Below the pieces are notes generated by a model, which worked only from the letters and a program-made list of their open reading frames with translations, was not told the DNA's origin and made no database searches. Shown piece by piece: positions 1 through 9,671 of a stretch of DNA of 32,000 nt. A program made the translations under genes and the position numbers. Source of the DNA: Bacillus subtilis subsp. subtilis str. 168 (lineage in GTDB: Bacteria > Bacillota > Bacilli > Bacillales > Bacillaceae). The number at the start of each line of letters is the position of its first letter. The stretch's first letter is position 1. The stretch spans positions 2,340,001 through 2,372,000 of the forward strand of contig NC_000964.3 in NCBI RefSeq assembly GCF_000009045.1. Direction: 5' to 3'.

Positions 1-755
1 GTTCTTTTTGTAATCCCGATCATCTTTTCCATATCAAAACGGGAACCTGTGTGCGGCACTGTGTGCAAAAAGTGATAAAAAGAGGAGAACAATTCTGGCT
101 TGAACAGCAATTGAGACAGCTGCTTTCCCAGCCTTATCCTTTCCTCCGCCTTTGAAAAGCGTTTCACTGAAATGCCGTAAAAAAACCCATTTGAGGAAGG
201 AAAAATAACGGTGTTAAAATGAAACCAGTCACTTAAATAAAAAGGAATCGTGTCAAAAACATTCTTTTTAAACGAAGGATTTTGTATAATAGGTGTTTGG
301 ATAGTGTTTTGTTCATTTATAATGAGGGCATACATTAGCCGCTCCGTATTTCGCTCATGCCAAAAACGGGTCCATTCTTCCGACATAAATTGTGAGACGC
401 CAAACACATGCAGCAGATGAAACAGCGGTTTCCCAACTCTTTTTGACCAGTGGTATAAAAGAAGCTGCGGATAGGCATCCGAAAAAATAAGCCAGTTCGC
501 TCTTTCATAGGCTAAAAAGAACCATTTTTGCTGTCTCTCACGGAGTCCAAGCTGAAACAGACTGCCTTTTAAGTCAGTCATTGACCAGCCGGCATTACGA
601 GAAACGAAAGAAGCCAAAAGCGACCATTTGATTTCCGGATGACGGTCGTAAAATGCTTTATAAGCATTTGTTCTTGAAATGTTATCCGCGTTTTTCATTT
701 TTGTCTGCCGCTCAATCCGGCTCAGAAGCTTTCTGATGGCCTGTTGTTCTTGCAC
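1..755 (-). CDS. yppC: YppC-like conserved protein (DUF2515 family), 3' end truncated by the window edge
   Basis: Manual reverse-strand translation from GTG at 755: MQEQQAIRKLLSRIERQTKMKNADNISRTNAYKAFYDRHPEIKWSLLASFVSRNAGWSMTDLKGSLFQLGLRERQQKWFFLAYERANWLIFSDAYPQLLLYH... . Not in the ORF track because it has no stop in the window. Divergent to recU, as in B. subtilis. Confidence 0.75.
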   Translation of the reverse strand, partial: MQEQQAIRKLLSRIERQTKMKNADNISRTNAYKAFYDRHPEIKWSLLASFVSRNAGWSMTDLKGSLFQLGLRERQQKWFFLAYERANWLIFSDAYPQLLLYHWSKRVGKPLFHLLHVFGVSQFMSEEWTRFWHERNTERLMYALIINEQNTIQTPIIQNPSFKKNVFDTIPFYLSDWFHFNTVIFPSSNGFFYGISVKRFSKAEERIRLGKQLSQLLFKPELFSSFYHFLHTVPHTGSRFDMEKMIGITKR

Positions 756-801
756 GTTCATTCACTTCCGTCATGATTAGTTTAATAAGGAGGATGAGAA
801 A

Positions 802-1422
802 GTGATTCGGTATCCTAATGGAAAAACATTTCAGCCGAAACATTCGGTTTCATCCCAAAACAGTCAGAAAAGGGCCCCGTCTTACAGTAATCGCGGAATG
901 ACCCTCGAAGATGACTTAAACGAAACGAATAAGTATTATCTGACAAACCAAATTGCCGTTATACACAAAAAGCCGACACCTGTTCAAATTGTAAATGTCC
1001 ATTATCCAAAAAGAAGTGCCGCAGTGATTAAAGAAGCTTACTTTAAACAATCATCGACAACAGACTACAATGGGATTTACAAAGGGCGGTATATTGATTT
1101 TGAGGCGAAAGAAACGAAAAACAAGACCTCTTTCCCCCTGCAGAATTTTCATGACCATCAAATCGAGCATATGAAGCAGGTAAAGGCTCAAGACGGTATT
1201 TGTTTTGTTATTATATCCGCTTTCGACCAGGTTTATTTTTTGGAAGCCGATAAGCTGTTTTATTTCTGGGACAGAAAAGAAAAAAACGGCAGAAAATCAA
1301 TTCGAAAAGATGAGTTGGAAGAAACAGCTTATCCGATTTCTCTTGGATACGCACCCAGAATTGATTATATTAGTATTATTGAACAGCTTTATTTTTCGCC
1401 ATCATCTGGTGCGAAAGGTTGA
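802..1422 (+). CDS. recU: Holliday junction resolvase RecU
   Basis: 206 aa; [12 protein letters not shown]...[28 protein letters not shown] with the nuclease D..E.K motif; GTG start preceded by AAGGAGGATGAGAAA; immediately upstream of ponA. Confidence 0.97.
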   Translation: MIRYPNGKTFQPKHSVSSQNSQKRAPSYSNRGMTLEDDLNETNKYYLTNQIAVIHKKPTPVQIVNVHYPKRSAAVIKEAYFKQSSTTDYNGIYKGRYIDFEAKETKNKTSFPLQNFHDHQIEHMKQVKAQDGICFVIISAFDQVYFLEADKLFYFWDRKEKNGRKSIRKDELEETAYPISLGYAPRIDYISIIEQLYFSPSSGAKG

Positions 1423-1443
1423 TTAACGAAAGGTTGAGATGTT

Positions 1444-4188
1444 ATGTCAGATCAATTTAACAGCCGTGAAGCTCGACGAAAAGCGAACAGCAAATCGAGT
1501 CCTTCACCGAAAAAAGGCAAGAAACGAAAAAAGGGCGGATTGTTTAAAAAGACCCTTTTCACTTTACTCATTCTGTTTGTTTTAGGCGTAGTCGGCGGTG
1601 CTGTTACATTTGCCGTCATGGTTTCTGATGCGCCGTCCCTTGATGAAAGCAAATTGAAGACGCCTTATTCATCAACGATTTATGATAAAAATGGAAAAGA
1701 GATCGCCGAAGTCGGCGCCGAAAAACGGACCTACGTCTCGATAGATGAAATTCCCGATGTTGTAAAAGAAGCCTTTATCGCGACAGAAGACGCTCGTTTT
1801 TATGAGCACCACGGGATTGACCCTGTCCGTATCGGCGGTGCATTAGTTGCCAACTTTAAAGACGGCTTCGGGGCTGAAGGCGGAAGTACGATCACCCAGC
1901 AGGTCGTCAAAAACTCCCTTCTTTCACATCAGAAGACGTTGAAACGGAAGGTGCAGGAAGTATGGCTTTCGATTCAGCTGGAGCGCAATTACTCTAAAGA
2001 TGAAATTTTAGAAATGTATTTAAACCGGATTTATTTTTCTCCTAGAGCATACGGAATCGGAAAAGCGGCGGAAGAATTTTTCGGCGTTACTGATTTAAGC
2101 AAATTGACTGTCGAACAGGCTGCGACGCTTGCAGGAATGCCGCAGAGCCCAACAGCGTACAACCCGGTCAAAAACCCGGATAAAGCGGAAAAACGACGGA
2201 ACATCGTACTCAGTCTGATGAAAAAGCAAGGATTTATTTCTGATTCTCAATATAACAAAGCGAAAAAAGTGGCAGTGAAAGACGAAGGCGTCGTGTCACA
2301 GAAGGAATATGAAAAAGCAAGTACAAACAAATACAGCGCATTTGTTGAAGAGGTTATGAAGGAAATTGATGAAAAATCTGATGTCGATCCATCTGCTGAC
2401 GGATTAAAGATCTATACGACATTAGATACAAAAGCACAAGATAAACTAGATGAATTAATGGACGGAGACACCGTCGGATTTACTGAAGGCATGCAGGGCG
2501 GTGTGACGCTTCTCGATACCAAAAACGGAGAAGTCCGAGCGATTGGTGCGGGACGCAATCAGCCTGTCGGAGGCTTTAACTATGCTACTCAAACTAAGGC
2601 ACAGCCTGGTTCGACCATAAAACCGATTTTGGACTACGGACCAGTTATTGAAAATAAGAAATGGTCCACATACGAACAAATTGATGACTCAGCTTATACG
2701 TATTCTAACGGAAAACCGATTCGTGATTGGGACCGCAAATATCTAGGGCCTATCTCAATGCGTTACGCTCTGGCCCAATCAAGAAATATACCTGCTTTAA
2801 AAGCATTCCAGGCAGTCGGTAAAGATACTGCTGTAGACTTTGCAAATGGACTCGGGCTTGGTTTAACAAAAGATAATGTAACAGAGGCCTATTCTATTGG
2901 CGGTTTCGGTGGGAACGATGGTGTTTCTCCTCTGACAATGGCAGGTGCATACAGCGCGTTTGGAAATAACGGAACGTATAATGAACCGCATTTTGTAAAA
3001 TCTATCGAATTTAACGATGGCACGAAGCTTGACTTAACACCAAAATCAAAATCAGCCATGAGTGATTATACTGCGTTTATGATTACAGATATGCTGAAAA
3101 CAGCTGTGAAGACAGGTACTGGACAGCTTGCACAAGTACCTGGTGTAGAAGTTGCAGGAAAAACAGGAACGACTAACTTTGATGATAATGAAGTCAAAAG
3201 GTACAATATCGCTAGCGGTGGCGCCCGAGATTCTTGGTTCGTTGGCTACACACCGCAATATACAGCTGCCGTCTGGACGGGAATGGGAGAAAACGAGGCT
3301 GGAAAGAAATCACTTTCAGCTGAAGAGCAAAAAGTTGCAAAGCGCATCTTCGCCCAGCTCATCGCCGATGTCGATGACGGAAGCGGATCATTTGAGAAGC
3401 CTGACAGCGTAGTGGAAGCCACCGTAGAAAAAGGTTCTAATCCGGCAAAACTGGCAGGGCCAAATACGCCAAGCGATAAGAAGCTCACAGAGTACTTTGT
3501 TAAAGGCACAGCTCCTTCTACTGTTTCTAAAACATATGAGAAAGAAGAAAAAGAGGAAACAGCTAAACTGTCTGGTTTAAACGTGAAATACGATAAAGAC
3601 AATCAATCTTTAACGTTAAGCTGGAATTACGACGGAGATGCGACCTTTGCTGTTAAGCAATCTGTTGACGGCGGCAGCTACTCGGAAATTCAAAACAGCT
3701 CTGCAAAAGAGGCAGTTATTTCGGGTGTGCAGCCAGGATCTGTATACAAATTCGAAGTAACAGCCGTCAGTGATGATGGCAAAAGTACAGCTTCCACATC
3801 TTATGAGGTGCCAAAAGCTGAAGACGATGAAGATAAAAAAGACCAGCAACAAACGGATGATGAAAAACAAGATGATGAGAAGACTCAGGATGATACACAA
3901 ACTGATGATTCTCAAAAAGATGACGGTCAGACGGATCAAGATCAGACAGATGATTCAACAAACGATCAAGACAAAAAACAAGACAATACGAACACCAATC
4001 CGTCCGACAACAATAACCAAGACCAATCAAACGATAATGATAACGACAACAGTAACAACCAGGATACGTCGGATGGTGATTCGAACTCTGGTAAGAATGA
4101 TTCAACAGGTTCTGACACGAATAAAAATAAAACAGACACATCTAATAAAACACAAACAAACTCATCATCCATTGAAAAAACAAATTAA
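1444..4188 (+). CDS. ponA: Class A penicillin-binding protein 1 (transglycosylase/transpeptidase) with C-terminal FN3-like domain and acidic low-complexity tail
   Basis: 914 aa; N-terminal TM segment, glycosyltransferase motifs EDARFYEHHGIDPVRIGGALVAN and GGSTITQQ, transpeptidase motifs AKAQPGSTIKP, KTGTT; Asp/Gln/Asn-rich tail. Confidence 0.97.
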   Translation: MSDQFNSREARRKANSKSSPSPKKGKKRKKGGLFKKTLFTLLILFVLGVVGGAVTFAVMVSDAPSLDESKLKTPYSSTIYDKNGKEIAEVGAEKRTYVSIDEIPDVVKEAFIATEDARFYEHHGIDPVRIGGALVANFKDGFGAEGGSTITQQVVKNSLLSHQKTLKRKVQEVWLSIQLERNYSKDEILEMYLNRIYFSPRAYGIGKAAEEFFGVTDLSKLTVEQAATLAGMPQSPTAYNPVKNPDKAEKRRNIVLSLMKKQGFISDSQYNKAKKVAVKDEGVVSQKEYEKASTNKYSAFVEEVMKEIDEKSDVDPSADGLKIYTTLDTKAQDKLDELMDGDTVGFTEGMQGGVTLLDTKNGEVRAIGAGRNQPVGGFNYATQTKAQPGSTIKPILDYGPVIENKKWSTYEQIDDSAYTYSNGKPIRDWDRKYLGPISMRYALAQSRNIPALKAFQAVGKDTAVDFANGLGLGLTKDNVTEAYSIGGFGGNDGVSPLTMAGAYSAFGNNGTYNEPHFVKSIEFNDGTKLDLTPKSKSAMSDYTAFMITDMLKTAVKTGTGQLAQVPGVEVAGKTGTTNFDDNEVKRYNIASGGARDSWFVGYTPQYTAAVWTGMGENEAGKKSLSAEEQKVAKRIFAQLIADVDDGSGSFEKPDSVVEATVEKGSNPAKLAGPNTPSDKKLTEYFVKGTAPSTVSKTYEKEEKEETAKLSGLNVKYDKDNQSLTLSWNYDGDATFAVKQSVDGGSYSEIQNSSAKEAVISGVQPGSVYKFEVTAVSDDGKSTASTSYEVPKAEDDEDKKDQQQTDDEKQDDEKTQDDTQTDDSQKDDGQTDQDQTDDSTNDQDKKQDNTNTNPSDNNNQDQSNDNDNDNSNNQDTSDGDSNSGKNDSTGSDTNKNKTDTSNKTQTNSSSIEKTN

Positions 4189-4190
4189 AC

Positions 4191-4225
4191 AAAAAAGCCG
4201 TCACCTTTGGGGTGATGGCTTTTTT
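4191..4225 (+). terminator. Intrinsic terminator downstream of ponA
   Basis: AAAAAAGCCGTCACC-TTTGG-GGTGATGGCTTTTTT: stem-loop followed by a T-run. Confidence 0.85.
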
Positions 4226-4236
4226 GGTACACAATA

Positions 4237-4265
4237 AAAAACCTCCCGTTTTAACAGGAGGTTTT
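4237..4265 (-). terminator. Intrinsic terminator downstream of ypoC (minus strand)
   Basis: Plus-strand AAAACCTCC-CGTTTTAACA-GGAGGTTTT; on the minus strand it forms a stem plus T-run overlapping the ypoC stop. Confidence 0.75.
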
Positions 4266-4758
4266 ATCGATTCATCGCATGATATTTATAAAAATGCTTT
4301 TTCATTTCGGTAATCAGCTCATCAAGCTGAATAAAGCAATGGTATTGGGTCGGCTTAAGAAGAATAAATTCCACTCGTTCAGCCCAATTAATCGGCTTTG
4401 CGGGATATGATTTCTCCCTCAGTTCTTGCCAATCGAGCGATTTCACCGGCTCACCTGCTGTCCAATGTAACGAAGCCAGCAAACACACAATGCCCTTTAA
4501 CATTTCGTTTTGGTCACATCTCGATTTTCGTGTTTGAAAGACTGGGAGAAGTGATGCTTTGATGTCATCCCACACTTCAAATAAAAGCGGAACGTATTTC
4601 CCGCTGTCCTCCCATGGCAAATCGCCTTGTAATTCCGTGCAGAAATCAAAATACACGGGATTGGTCTGCAAGGTTTTCTTCATATCCGAGGAACTCTTCT
4701 GGCCAAGACTGCGCAAGTATTGCTCATAGGAAGCCAACACTTCTTTTGCTTGCGTCAT
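4264..4758 (-). CDS. ypoC: YpoC-like conserved protein of unknown function
   Basis: 164 aa MTQAKEVLASYEQYLRSLGQKSSSDMKKTLQTNPVYFDFCTELQ...; start overlaps the nth stop by 4 nt. Confidence 0.85.
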   Translation of the reverse strand: MTQAKEVLASYEQYLRSLGQKSSSDMKKTLQTNPVYFDFCTELQGDLPWEDSGKYVPLLFEVWDDIKASLLPVFQTRKSRCDQNEMLKGIVCLLASLHWTAGEPVKSLDWQELREKSYPAKPINWAERVEFILLKPTQYHCFIQLDELITEMKKHFYKYHAMNR

Positions 4759-5414
4759 CGTTTCACCAGTCCTTTTTTATCCCTCTTCTGCCCTTCTCTG
4801 CACAAAGAAAGCAGCGGACACTCCGCACAGCGCGGAGATTGGGCTTTACAGTGATATCTGCCGAAGAAAATAAGCCGGTGATGCGTAACGGACCAATCTT
4901 CTTTGGGAACCTTGCGCATCAGCGTCTTTTCAACTTCCAGAACCGAGTCCTTCCACCGGCAAATGCCCAATCGTTTGCTGACTCTCTCCACATGGGTATC
5001 TACGGCTATGGCCGGCACGCCAAACGCAACGGATACCACTACGTTTGCGGTCTTTCTCCCGACCCCTGGCAGTTTGACAAGCTCATCGCGGTCTCTCGGC
5101 ACTTCTCCGCCGTAATCTTCAATAATCATTTTACTCAGCTTTTGAATATTTTTCGCTTTATTACGATATAAACCGATTGATTTAATATCCTGCTGAAGCT
5201 CTTCCAGCGGAACAGCCAAATAGTCTTCCGGCCGTTTATATTTTTGGAATAATGTTTTGGTCACTCTGTTTACAAGTGCATCTGTACATTGCGCAGATAA
5301 AGCAACAGCCACCACTAATTCAAAAGGATTGGAATGAACCAGTTCACACTCCGCATGAGGAAACATGTCACCTATCTTGTCTAAACAGAATTCAATTTGT
5401 TTTAGATTTAACAC
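4755..5414 (-). CDS. nth: Endonuclease III (DNA glycosylase/AP lyase)
   Basis: 219 aa from a GTG start preceded by AAAGGTGACAATC; HhH motif LPGVGRKTANVV, catalytic VDTHVER, 4Fe-4S cysteines CKAQSPRCAECPLLSLC. The track ORF runs to 5423 using an upstream GTG. Confidence 0.95.
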   Translation of the reverse strand: MLNLKQIEFCLDKIGDMFPHAECELVHSNPFELVVAVALSAQCTDALVNRVTKTLFQKYKRPEDYLAVPLEELQQDIKSIGLYRNKAKNIQKLSKMIIEDYGGEVPRDRDELVKLPGVGRKTANVVVSVAFGVPAIAVDTHVERVSKRLGICRWKDSVLEVEKTLMRKVPKEDWSVTHHRLIFFGRYHCKAQSPRCAECPLLSLCREGQKRDKKGLVKR

Positions 5415-5432
5415 GATTGTCACCTTTTCACT

Positions 5433-6131
5433 TTATTGTTCAAGCCAATTGTAAAAAGGAACCTGCCTTTTATACTCTTTTTGCGGTTCATTCTGCTTTG
5501 CTTGTACACGCCGGAATTTTTGGCTGTGTATTTTTGCCTGCTCCACAGTTTTAAGCCCATTTTTCTTCCATTCAAACAAAATCCGGTCAATGTAGCGGAA
5601 ACTGAGTTTTCCTGATAGTACAGCCTCTTTTAACGCGTGTTTGATCAGTTGTGCGTCATGCTGATCCTGGTCCTGCCAGATCGCCAGCGTTTCACACTCC
5701 AAAGGCGATAACGGTCTTGCGAACTCTTCCTCAAAAATGGTATAAAGGCTTTTTTGTTCCCCTTCTGCTTTTCTTTCCTGTGTTTGATTCTGTGCAAGCT
5801 GAATATACTCGTACAGCTTGCCCCATAAAGGCTGAAGAGAATATTTCTCAAATTTGATGCCGTTTTGATCCTCGCATTCTTCAATAAACAGAAAGCCTTT
5901 TTGAATAAACATCCGCAATCTGTTTGTACATTCTTCAACAGAAATTGACATACCTTCCTGCAGCTGATTCGGTGTAGGAAAATATGATCCTTTTTCTAAA
6001 TGCATTTTAATTTTTAACAGCAGAATAAGTTCTGTTTCATTAAGCCCAAGCTGTTTATAATGCGTGAGCAGAAGATTGGGGATGGTTGATGTTCCCTGCT
6101 CCTGCATATCAATAAATTGCTGTTTTTTCAT
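5433..6131 (-). CDS. dnaD: DNA replication initiation protein DnaD
   Basis: 232 aa MKKQQFIDMQEQGTSTIPNLLLTHYKQLGLNETELILLLKI...; N-terminal winged-helix and C-terminal DnaD/DnaB2-like region; between asnS and nth. Confidence 0.95.
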   Translation of the reverse strand: MKKQQFIDMQEQGTSTIPNLLLTHYKQLGLNETELILLLKIKMHLEKGSYFPTPNQLQEGMSISVEECTNRLRMFIQKGFLFIEECEDQNGIKFEKYSLQPLWGKLYEYIQLAQNQTQERKAEGEQKSLYTIFEEEFARPLSPLECETLAIWQDQDQHDAQLIKHALKEAVLSGKLSFRYIDRILFEWKKNGLKTVEQAKIHSQKFRRVQAKQNEPQKEYKRQVPFYNWLEQ

Positions 6132-6176
6132 CGTCACACCTCTTACTGTAAAGGATTGTGATTGCCCCTTTACTGT

Positions 6177-6207
6177 AAAAAGTCTCCCTTGCAGGAGACT
6201 CTTTTTT
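6177..6207 (-). terminator. Intrinsic terminator downstream of asnS
   Basis: Minus strand AAAAAAGAGTCTCCT-GCA-AGGAGACTTTTT; near-symmetric, so possibly bidirectional. Confidence 0.75.
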
Positions 6208-6223
6208 GTTTCATTTGAATGTA

Positions 6224-7519
6224 TTACGGATACAGACGGTTTAACAGTCTTGGGAACGGAATCGTTTCACGAACGTGAGGCGCTCCGCTGATCCAAGCTA
6301 CTGTCCGCTCTAATCCAAGGCCGAAGCCGGAATGAGGAACTGATCCATATTTTCTAAGTTCAGCATACCATTTATAAGCGTCAGAATCCAGTCCATGTTC
6401 TTTAAGACGCGATTCCAAAAGTTCCATATCGTGAATCCGTTCAGACCCGCCGATGATTTCTCCATAGCCTTCCGGCGCAATCAAGTCAGCGCAAAGCACA
6501 ACGTCCTCACGGTCAGAAGCCGGCTGCATATAGAACGGTTTTAAGGACGTCGGATAGCGAGTGATGAATACCGGTTTGTCATAATGTTCAGCAATCGCTG
6601 TTTCATGAGGCGCTCCGAAATCATCTCCCCACTCGATATCGTCAAAGCCTTTTTCTTTCAGAAATTCAATCGCTTCATCATACGTAATTCTTGGGAACGG
6701 GGCTTTGATTTGCTCAAGTTTTGACGTGTCTCTTCCCAATGTGTTTAGTTCAATTTTGCAATTTTTAAGAACTGATTGCACGATGAAAGAAACGTAATTT
6801 TCCTGTACTTGAAGGTTTTCTTCAAATTCTACAAACGCCATTTCCGGTTCGATCATCCAGAATTCGATTAAGTGACGCTTTGTTTTAGACTTTTCCGCTC
6901 TGAATGTCGGTCCGAAAGAGAATACTTTTCCTAAAGCCATTGCCGCAGCTTCCATGTAGAGCTGTCCGCTTTGAGACAGATATGCATCTTCATCAAAGTA
7001 CTTTGTCGCAAAGAGTTCTGTTGTTCCTTCAGGTGCGCTTCCAGTCAAAATCGGCGGATCCACTTTTACGAAGCCTTCGTTATTAAAGAATTCGTAAGTC
7101 GCGCGAATGATTTCATTACGGATTTTCATGATCGCATGCTGGCGCTTTGAACGCAGCCATAAATGTCTGTGATCCATCAAAAATTCCGTTCCGTGTTCTT
7201 TTGGTGTAATTGGATAATCGGTCGCTTCGTGAATGACTTCAATATCTGTCACAGCAAGTTCATATCCAAGCGGAGAACGCTCGTCCTCTTTGACAATCCC
7301 TTTTATATAGAGCGACGTTTCCTGCGTCACTGATTTAGCTGTTTGGAAAATGCTTTCTTCCACTTCCGCTTTTACTACGACACCCTGAATAAAACCGGTA
7401 CCGTCCCGAAGCTGTAAAAACGCAATTTTCCCGCTTGAACGCTTATTAGCGACCCAAGCTCCGATCGTTACTTCCTCACCTACGTGCTTGTACACTTGGT
7501 TGATTGTTGTTTTCAACAT
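6224..7519 (-). CDS. asnS: Asparaginyl-tRNA synthetase
   Basis: Class II aaRS signatures ([26 protein letters not shown]; [15 protein letters not shown]); ATG at 7519 preceded by GGAGGGAAAT. Confidence 0.97.
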
Positions 7520-7586
7520 ATTTCCCTCCAAAACAAGAAAGACATTCGGAAGCTCATTGCCCCGCGAACTCTTTTATCATCACTTT

Positions 7587-7616
7587 ATTATACCCGCTCT
7601 TAACTAACCGGGTCAA
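7587..7616 (-). promoter_or_regulatory. Sigma-A-type promoter for asnS
   Basis: Minus strand TTGACC-18 nt-TATAAT, about 60 nt upstream of the asnS start. Confidence 0.8.
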
Positions 7617-7623
7617 TGCAGAT

Positions 7624-7653
7624 AAAAAGCGGCTTTTCTGTCAGCCGCTTTTT
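7624..7653 (-). terminator. Intrinsic terminator downstream of aspB
   Basis: AAAAAGCGGC-TTTTCTGTCA-GCCGCTTTTT, just after the aspB stop. Confidence 0.8.
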
Positions 7654-7659
7654 GATCTG

Positions 7660-8841
7660 TTAGCTATGTTTTTCTACAAAACGCTTGATTCTTTCAATGG
7701 CTTCTTCAAGAAGATCTAACGATGTTGCATAAGAAAGACGGACATTCTCAGGAGAGCCAAATCCGGATCCTGGAACAATCGCAACTTTTTCCTCCTCGAG
7801 AAGCGCTTTAACAAATTCATCTACATCTTTGAAACCGCAAGATTGAGCTGCCTCTTTTGCATTTGGGAACAAGTAAAAAGCACCTTCCGGCTTCACGCAG
7901 CTGAACCCTGGGATTTCTATGAGCTTTGCATAGATCGTATTTAATCTATGTTCAAATGCTTCTCTCATTTCTTCCAATGGCTCAGAAGGCCCGTTATAAG
8001 CAGCAATCGCTCCGTATTGTGCGATTGATGTCGGGTTTGACGTGCTGTGGCTTGCAAGGTTCGTCATCGCTTTAATAATGTCTTCAGAGCCTGCCGCATA
8101 ACCGATTCTCCAGCCTGTCATGCTGTGGGACTTCGATACGCCGTTTATAATGACCGTTTGCTCTTTCAGTCTGTCTGACAGCTGTGCAATGGAAACATGT
8201 TTCTTTCCGCCGTATGTAAGTTTTTCATAAATTTCATCTGACACAATCAAGATATCATGTTCAAGGCACACTTCACCGAGCGCAGATAGTTCTTCTTCCG
8301 TATACATGACACCAGTCGGGTTGCTTGGAGAGTTAATAACGATTGCTTTTGTTTTTTCCGTAATTGCATTTTTCAGCTGCTCAGGCGAAATTTTGAAGTG
8401 ATTTTCCTCAAGCCCTTCTACATAAACAGGCTTTCCGCCAGCGAGTTTCACCTGCTCCGGGTAGCTTACCCAGTAAGGCGTTGGAATAATAACTTCATCT
8501 TCTTCATCCAAAATCACTTGGAAAAGGGTATACAGAGCATGTTTGGCACCAGTGCAGACAATAATTTGAGACGGTTTGTATTCAATATTCTGGTCGCGTT
8601 TAAATTTCTCTGCAATGCTGTTTTTCAGTTCAGCCAAACCACCGGAAGGCGTGTATTTCGTATGGCCCTCGTTCATCGAACGCACAGCGGCATCAATAAT
8701 ATGCTGCGGTGTATTGAAGTCAGGCTCGCCTGCTCCTAAGCCGATGACATCATGGCCTGCGGCTTTCAGTTCTTTCGCTTTCGCTGTGATTGCCAGTGTG
8801 GTTGATGGTGTTAATGCGGATACTCTTTTTGCCAGTTTCAA
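7660..8841 (-). CDS. aspB: Aspartate aminotransferase (class I PLP-dependent)
   Basis: 393 aa; PLP lysine motif SKSHSMTGWRIGY; NSPSNPTGVMY; TTG start with GGGGAG SD. Confidence 0.95.
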   Translation of the reverse strand: MKLAKRVSALTPSTTLAITAKAKELKAAGHDVIGLGAGEPDFNTPQHIIDAAVRSMNEGHTKYTPSGGLAELKNSIAEKFKRDQNIEYKPSQIIVCTGAKHALYTLFQVILDEEDEVIIPTPYWVSYPEQVKLAGGKPVYVEGLEENHFKISPEQLKNAITEKTKAIVINSPSNPTGVMYTEEELSALGEVCLEHDILIVSDEIYEKLTYGGKKHVSIAQLSDRLKEQTVIINGVSKSHSMTGWRIGYAAGSEDIIKAMTNLASHSTSNPTSIAQYGAIAAYNGPSEPLEEMREAFEHRLNTIYAKLIEIPGFSCVKPEGAFYLFPNAKEAAQSCGFKDVDEFVKALLEEEKVAIVPGSGFGSPENVRLSYATSLDLLEEAIERIKRFVEKHS

Positions 8842-8863
8842 CTTGAACTCCCCCTAATTCGTC

Positions 8864-9349
8864 TTAAGGCGTGATATTTTTGAGAATCTTTCCAGTTGTA
8901 AAGTCCACATAACTTAAACTGTATTGCCCTTCTTTGTCTAAGTACGTCACTTCCCAAAGCAGGACGTTTCCTTCTCTTGCCAGATGAACCTCTTTTTGCT
9001 TTGAAACCAGCCCTTCATCCTTTATGATTTTCGCCGCTTTGTCTTCAGAGATTCCCTCTTTCGCTTCTTTTGAGAGAATTTTTGCTTTTTTATCAGCAGG
9101 AACCCAGACATATAATGCAGTGCCTTTTTTATCCGTTCCCTTTACAACATAATATTTTTCTTTTCCGACAAATGTTTCGACTTGATCAACATGGGCGAGA
9201 TCGGTTTCTTTTTTAGCTTCAGCAGCTGCTGCTTCGTGCCCCTCTTCCTTTTGTGCCATGGCTGATTTATAAATGCTTGCCGAGACAAGAAGTACTGCTA
9301 AAAAAATAATACCAAAAATGACGGTAAATATTAATGCTTTTTTTCTCAT
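8864..9349 (-). CDS. ypmB: YpmB-like secreted/membrane-anchored protein (PepSY-like)
   Basis: 161 aa with N-terminal TM MRKKALIFTVIFGIIFLAVLLVSASIY and GEISEDKAAKIIKDEGL; upstream of aspB. Confidence 0.88.
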   Translation of the reverse strand: MRKKALIFTVIFGIIFLAVLLVSASIYKSAMAQKEEGHEAAAAEAKKETDLAHVDQVETFVGKEKYYVVKGTDKKGTALYVWVPADKKAKILSKEAKEGISEDKAAKIIKDEGLVSKQKEVHLAREGNVLLWEVTYLDKEGQYSLSYVDFTTGKILKNITP

Positions 9350-9357
9350 CTTCTCAC

Positions 9358-9528
9358 CTACGTACGATAAATGGTAAAAACGGCTTGGTTTTTGTTTTCT
9401 TCATCCAGCGCAAGGCCGAACATCAGATTGTCTCTTTTCAGTGTACGATTCAATGTGTCCACAATTTTATACAGATCATCAGAATGCTCTACATTAATTG
9501 TTGAAAGAATTTCGATTTTACTTTCCAT
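9358..9528 (-). CDS. ypmA: YpmA small conserved protein (DUF4264-like)
   Basis: 56 aa MESKIEILSTINVEHSDDLYKIVDTLNRTLKRDNLMFGLALDEENKNQAVFTIYRT; GGAGGATGAAAA SD before the ATG at 9528. Confidence 0.85.
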   Translation of the reverse strand: MESKIEILSTINVEHSDDLYKIVDTLNRTLKRDNLMFGLALDEENKNQAVFTIYRT

Positions 9529-9650
9529 TTTTTCATCCTCCAGTTTGAACAAATATTGTTAGTCATACTCCATTTCAGGACACGCCATACTAGTATCACA
9601 GAGCGGGAAATCCGCTTTTAAATAAAACACCATCCTACTCCCACACCGCA

Positions 9651-9671
9651 AAAGCCGCTTTATGCGGCTTT
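9651..9671 (-). terminator. Terminator-like hairpin at the dinG 3' end
   Basis: AAAGCCGC-TTTAT-GCGGCTTT adjacent to and overlapping the dinG stop. Confidence 0.65.

Noticed and set aside
3616-4172. Overlapping minus-strand ORFs (107, 124 and 68 aa) rich in Ile/Leu/Phe/His/Ser
   Set aside because: Antisense readings of the repetitive acidic ponA tail; apparent transmembrane character is a codon-complement artefact.
3770-4237. 155-aa plus-strand ORF MMMAKVQLPHLMRCQKLKTMKIKKTSNKRMMKNKMMRRLRMIHK...
   Set aside because: It is the +1 shadow frame of the low-complexity GAT/CAA-rich ponA tail; Met/Lys/Thr-only composition and no RBS-supported start.
4614-5171. 185-aa plus-strand ORF antisense to nth/ypoC
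   Set aside because: Lies fully opposite strong conserved genes, no recognisable domain.
7533-7659. Possible T-box riboswitch upstream of asnS
   Set aside because: Leader from the predicted start is only about 60 nt, with no T-box (AGGGUGGNACCGCG) or specifier stem. The hairpin present is the aspB terminator upstream of the asnS promoter.
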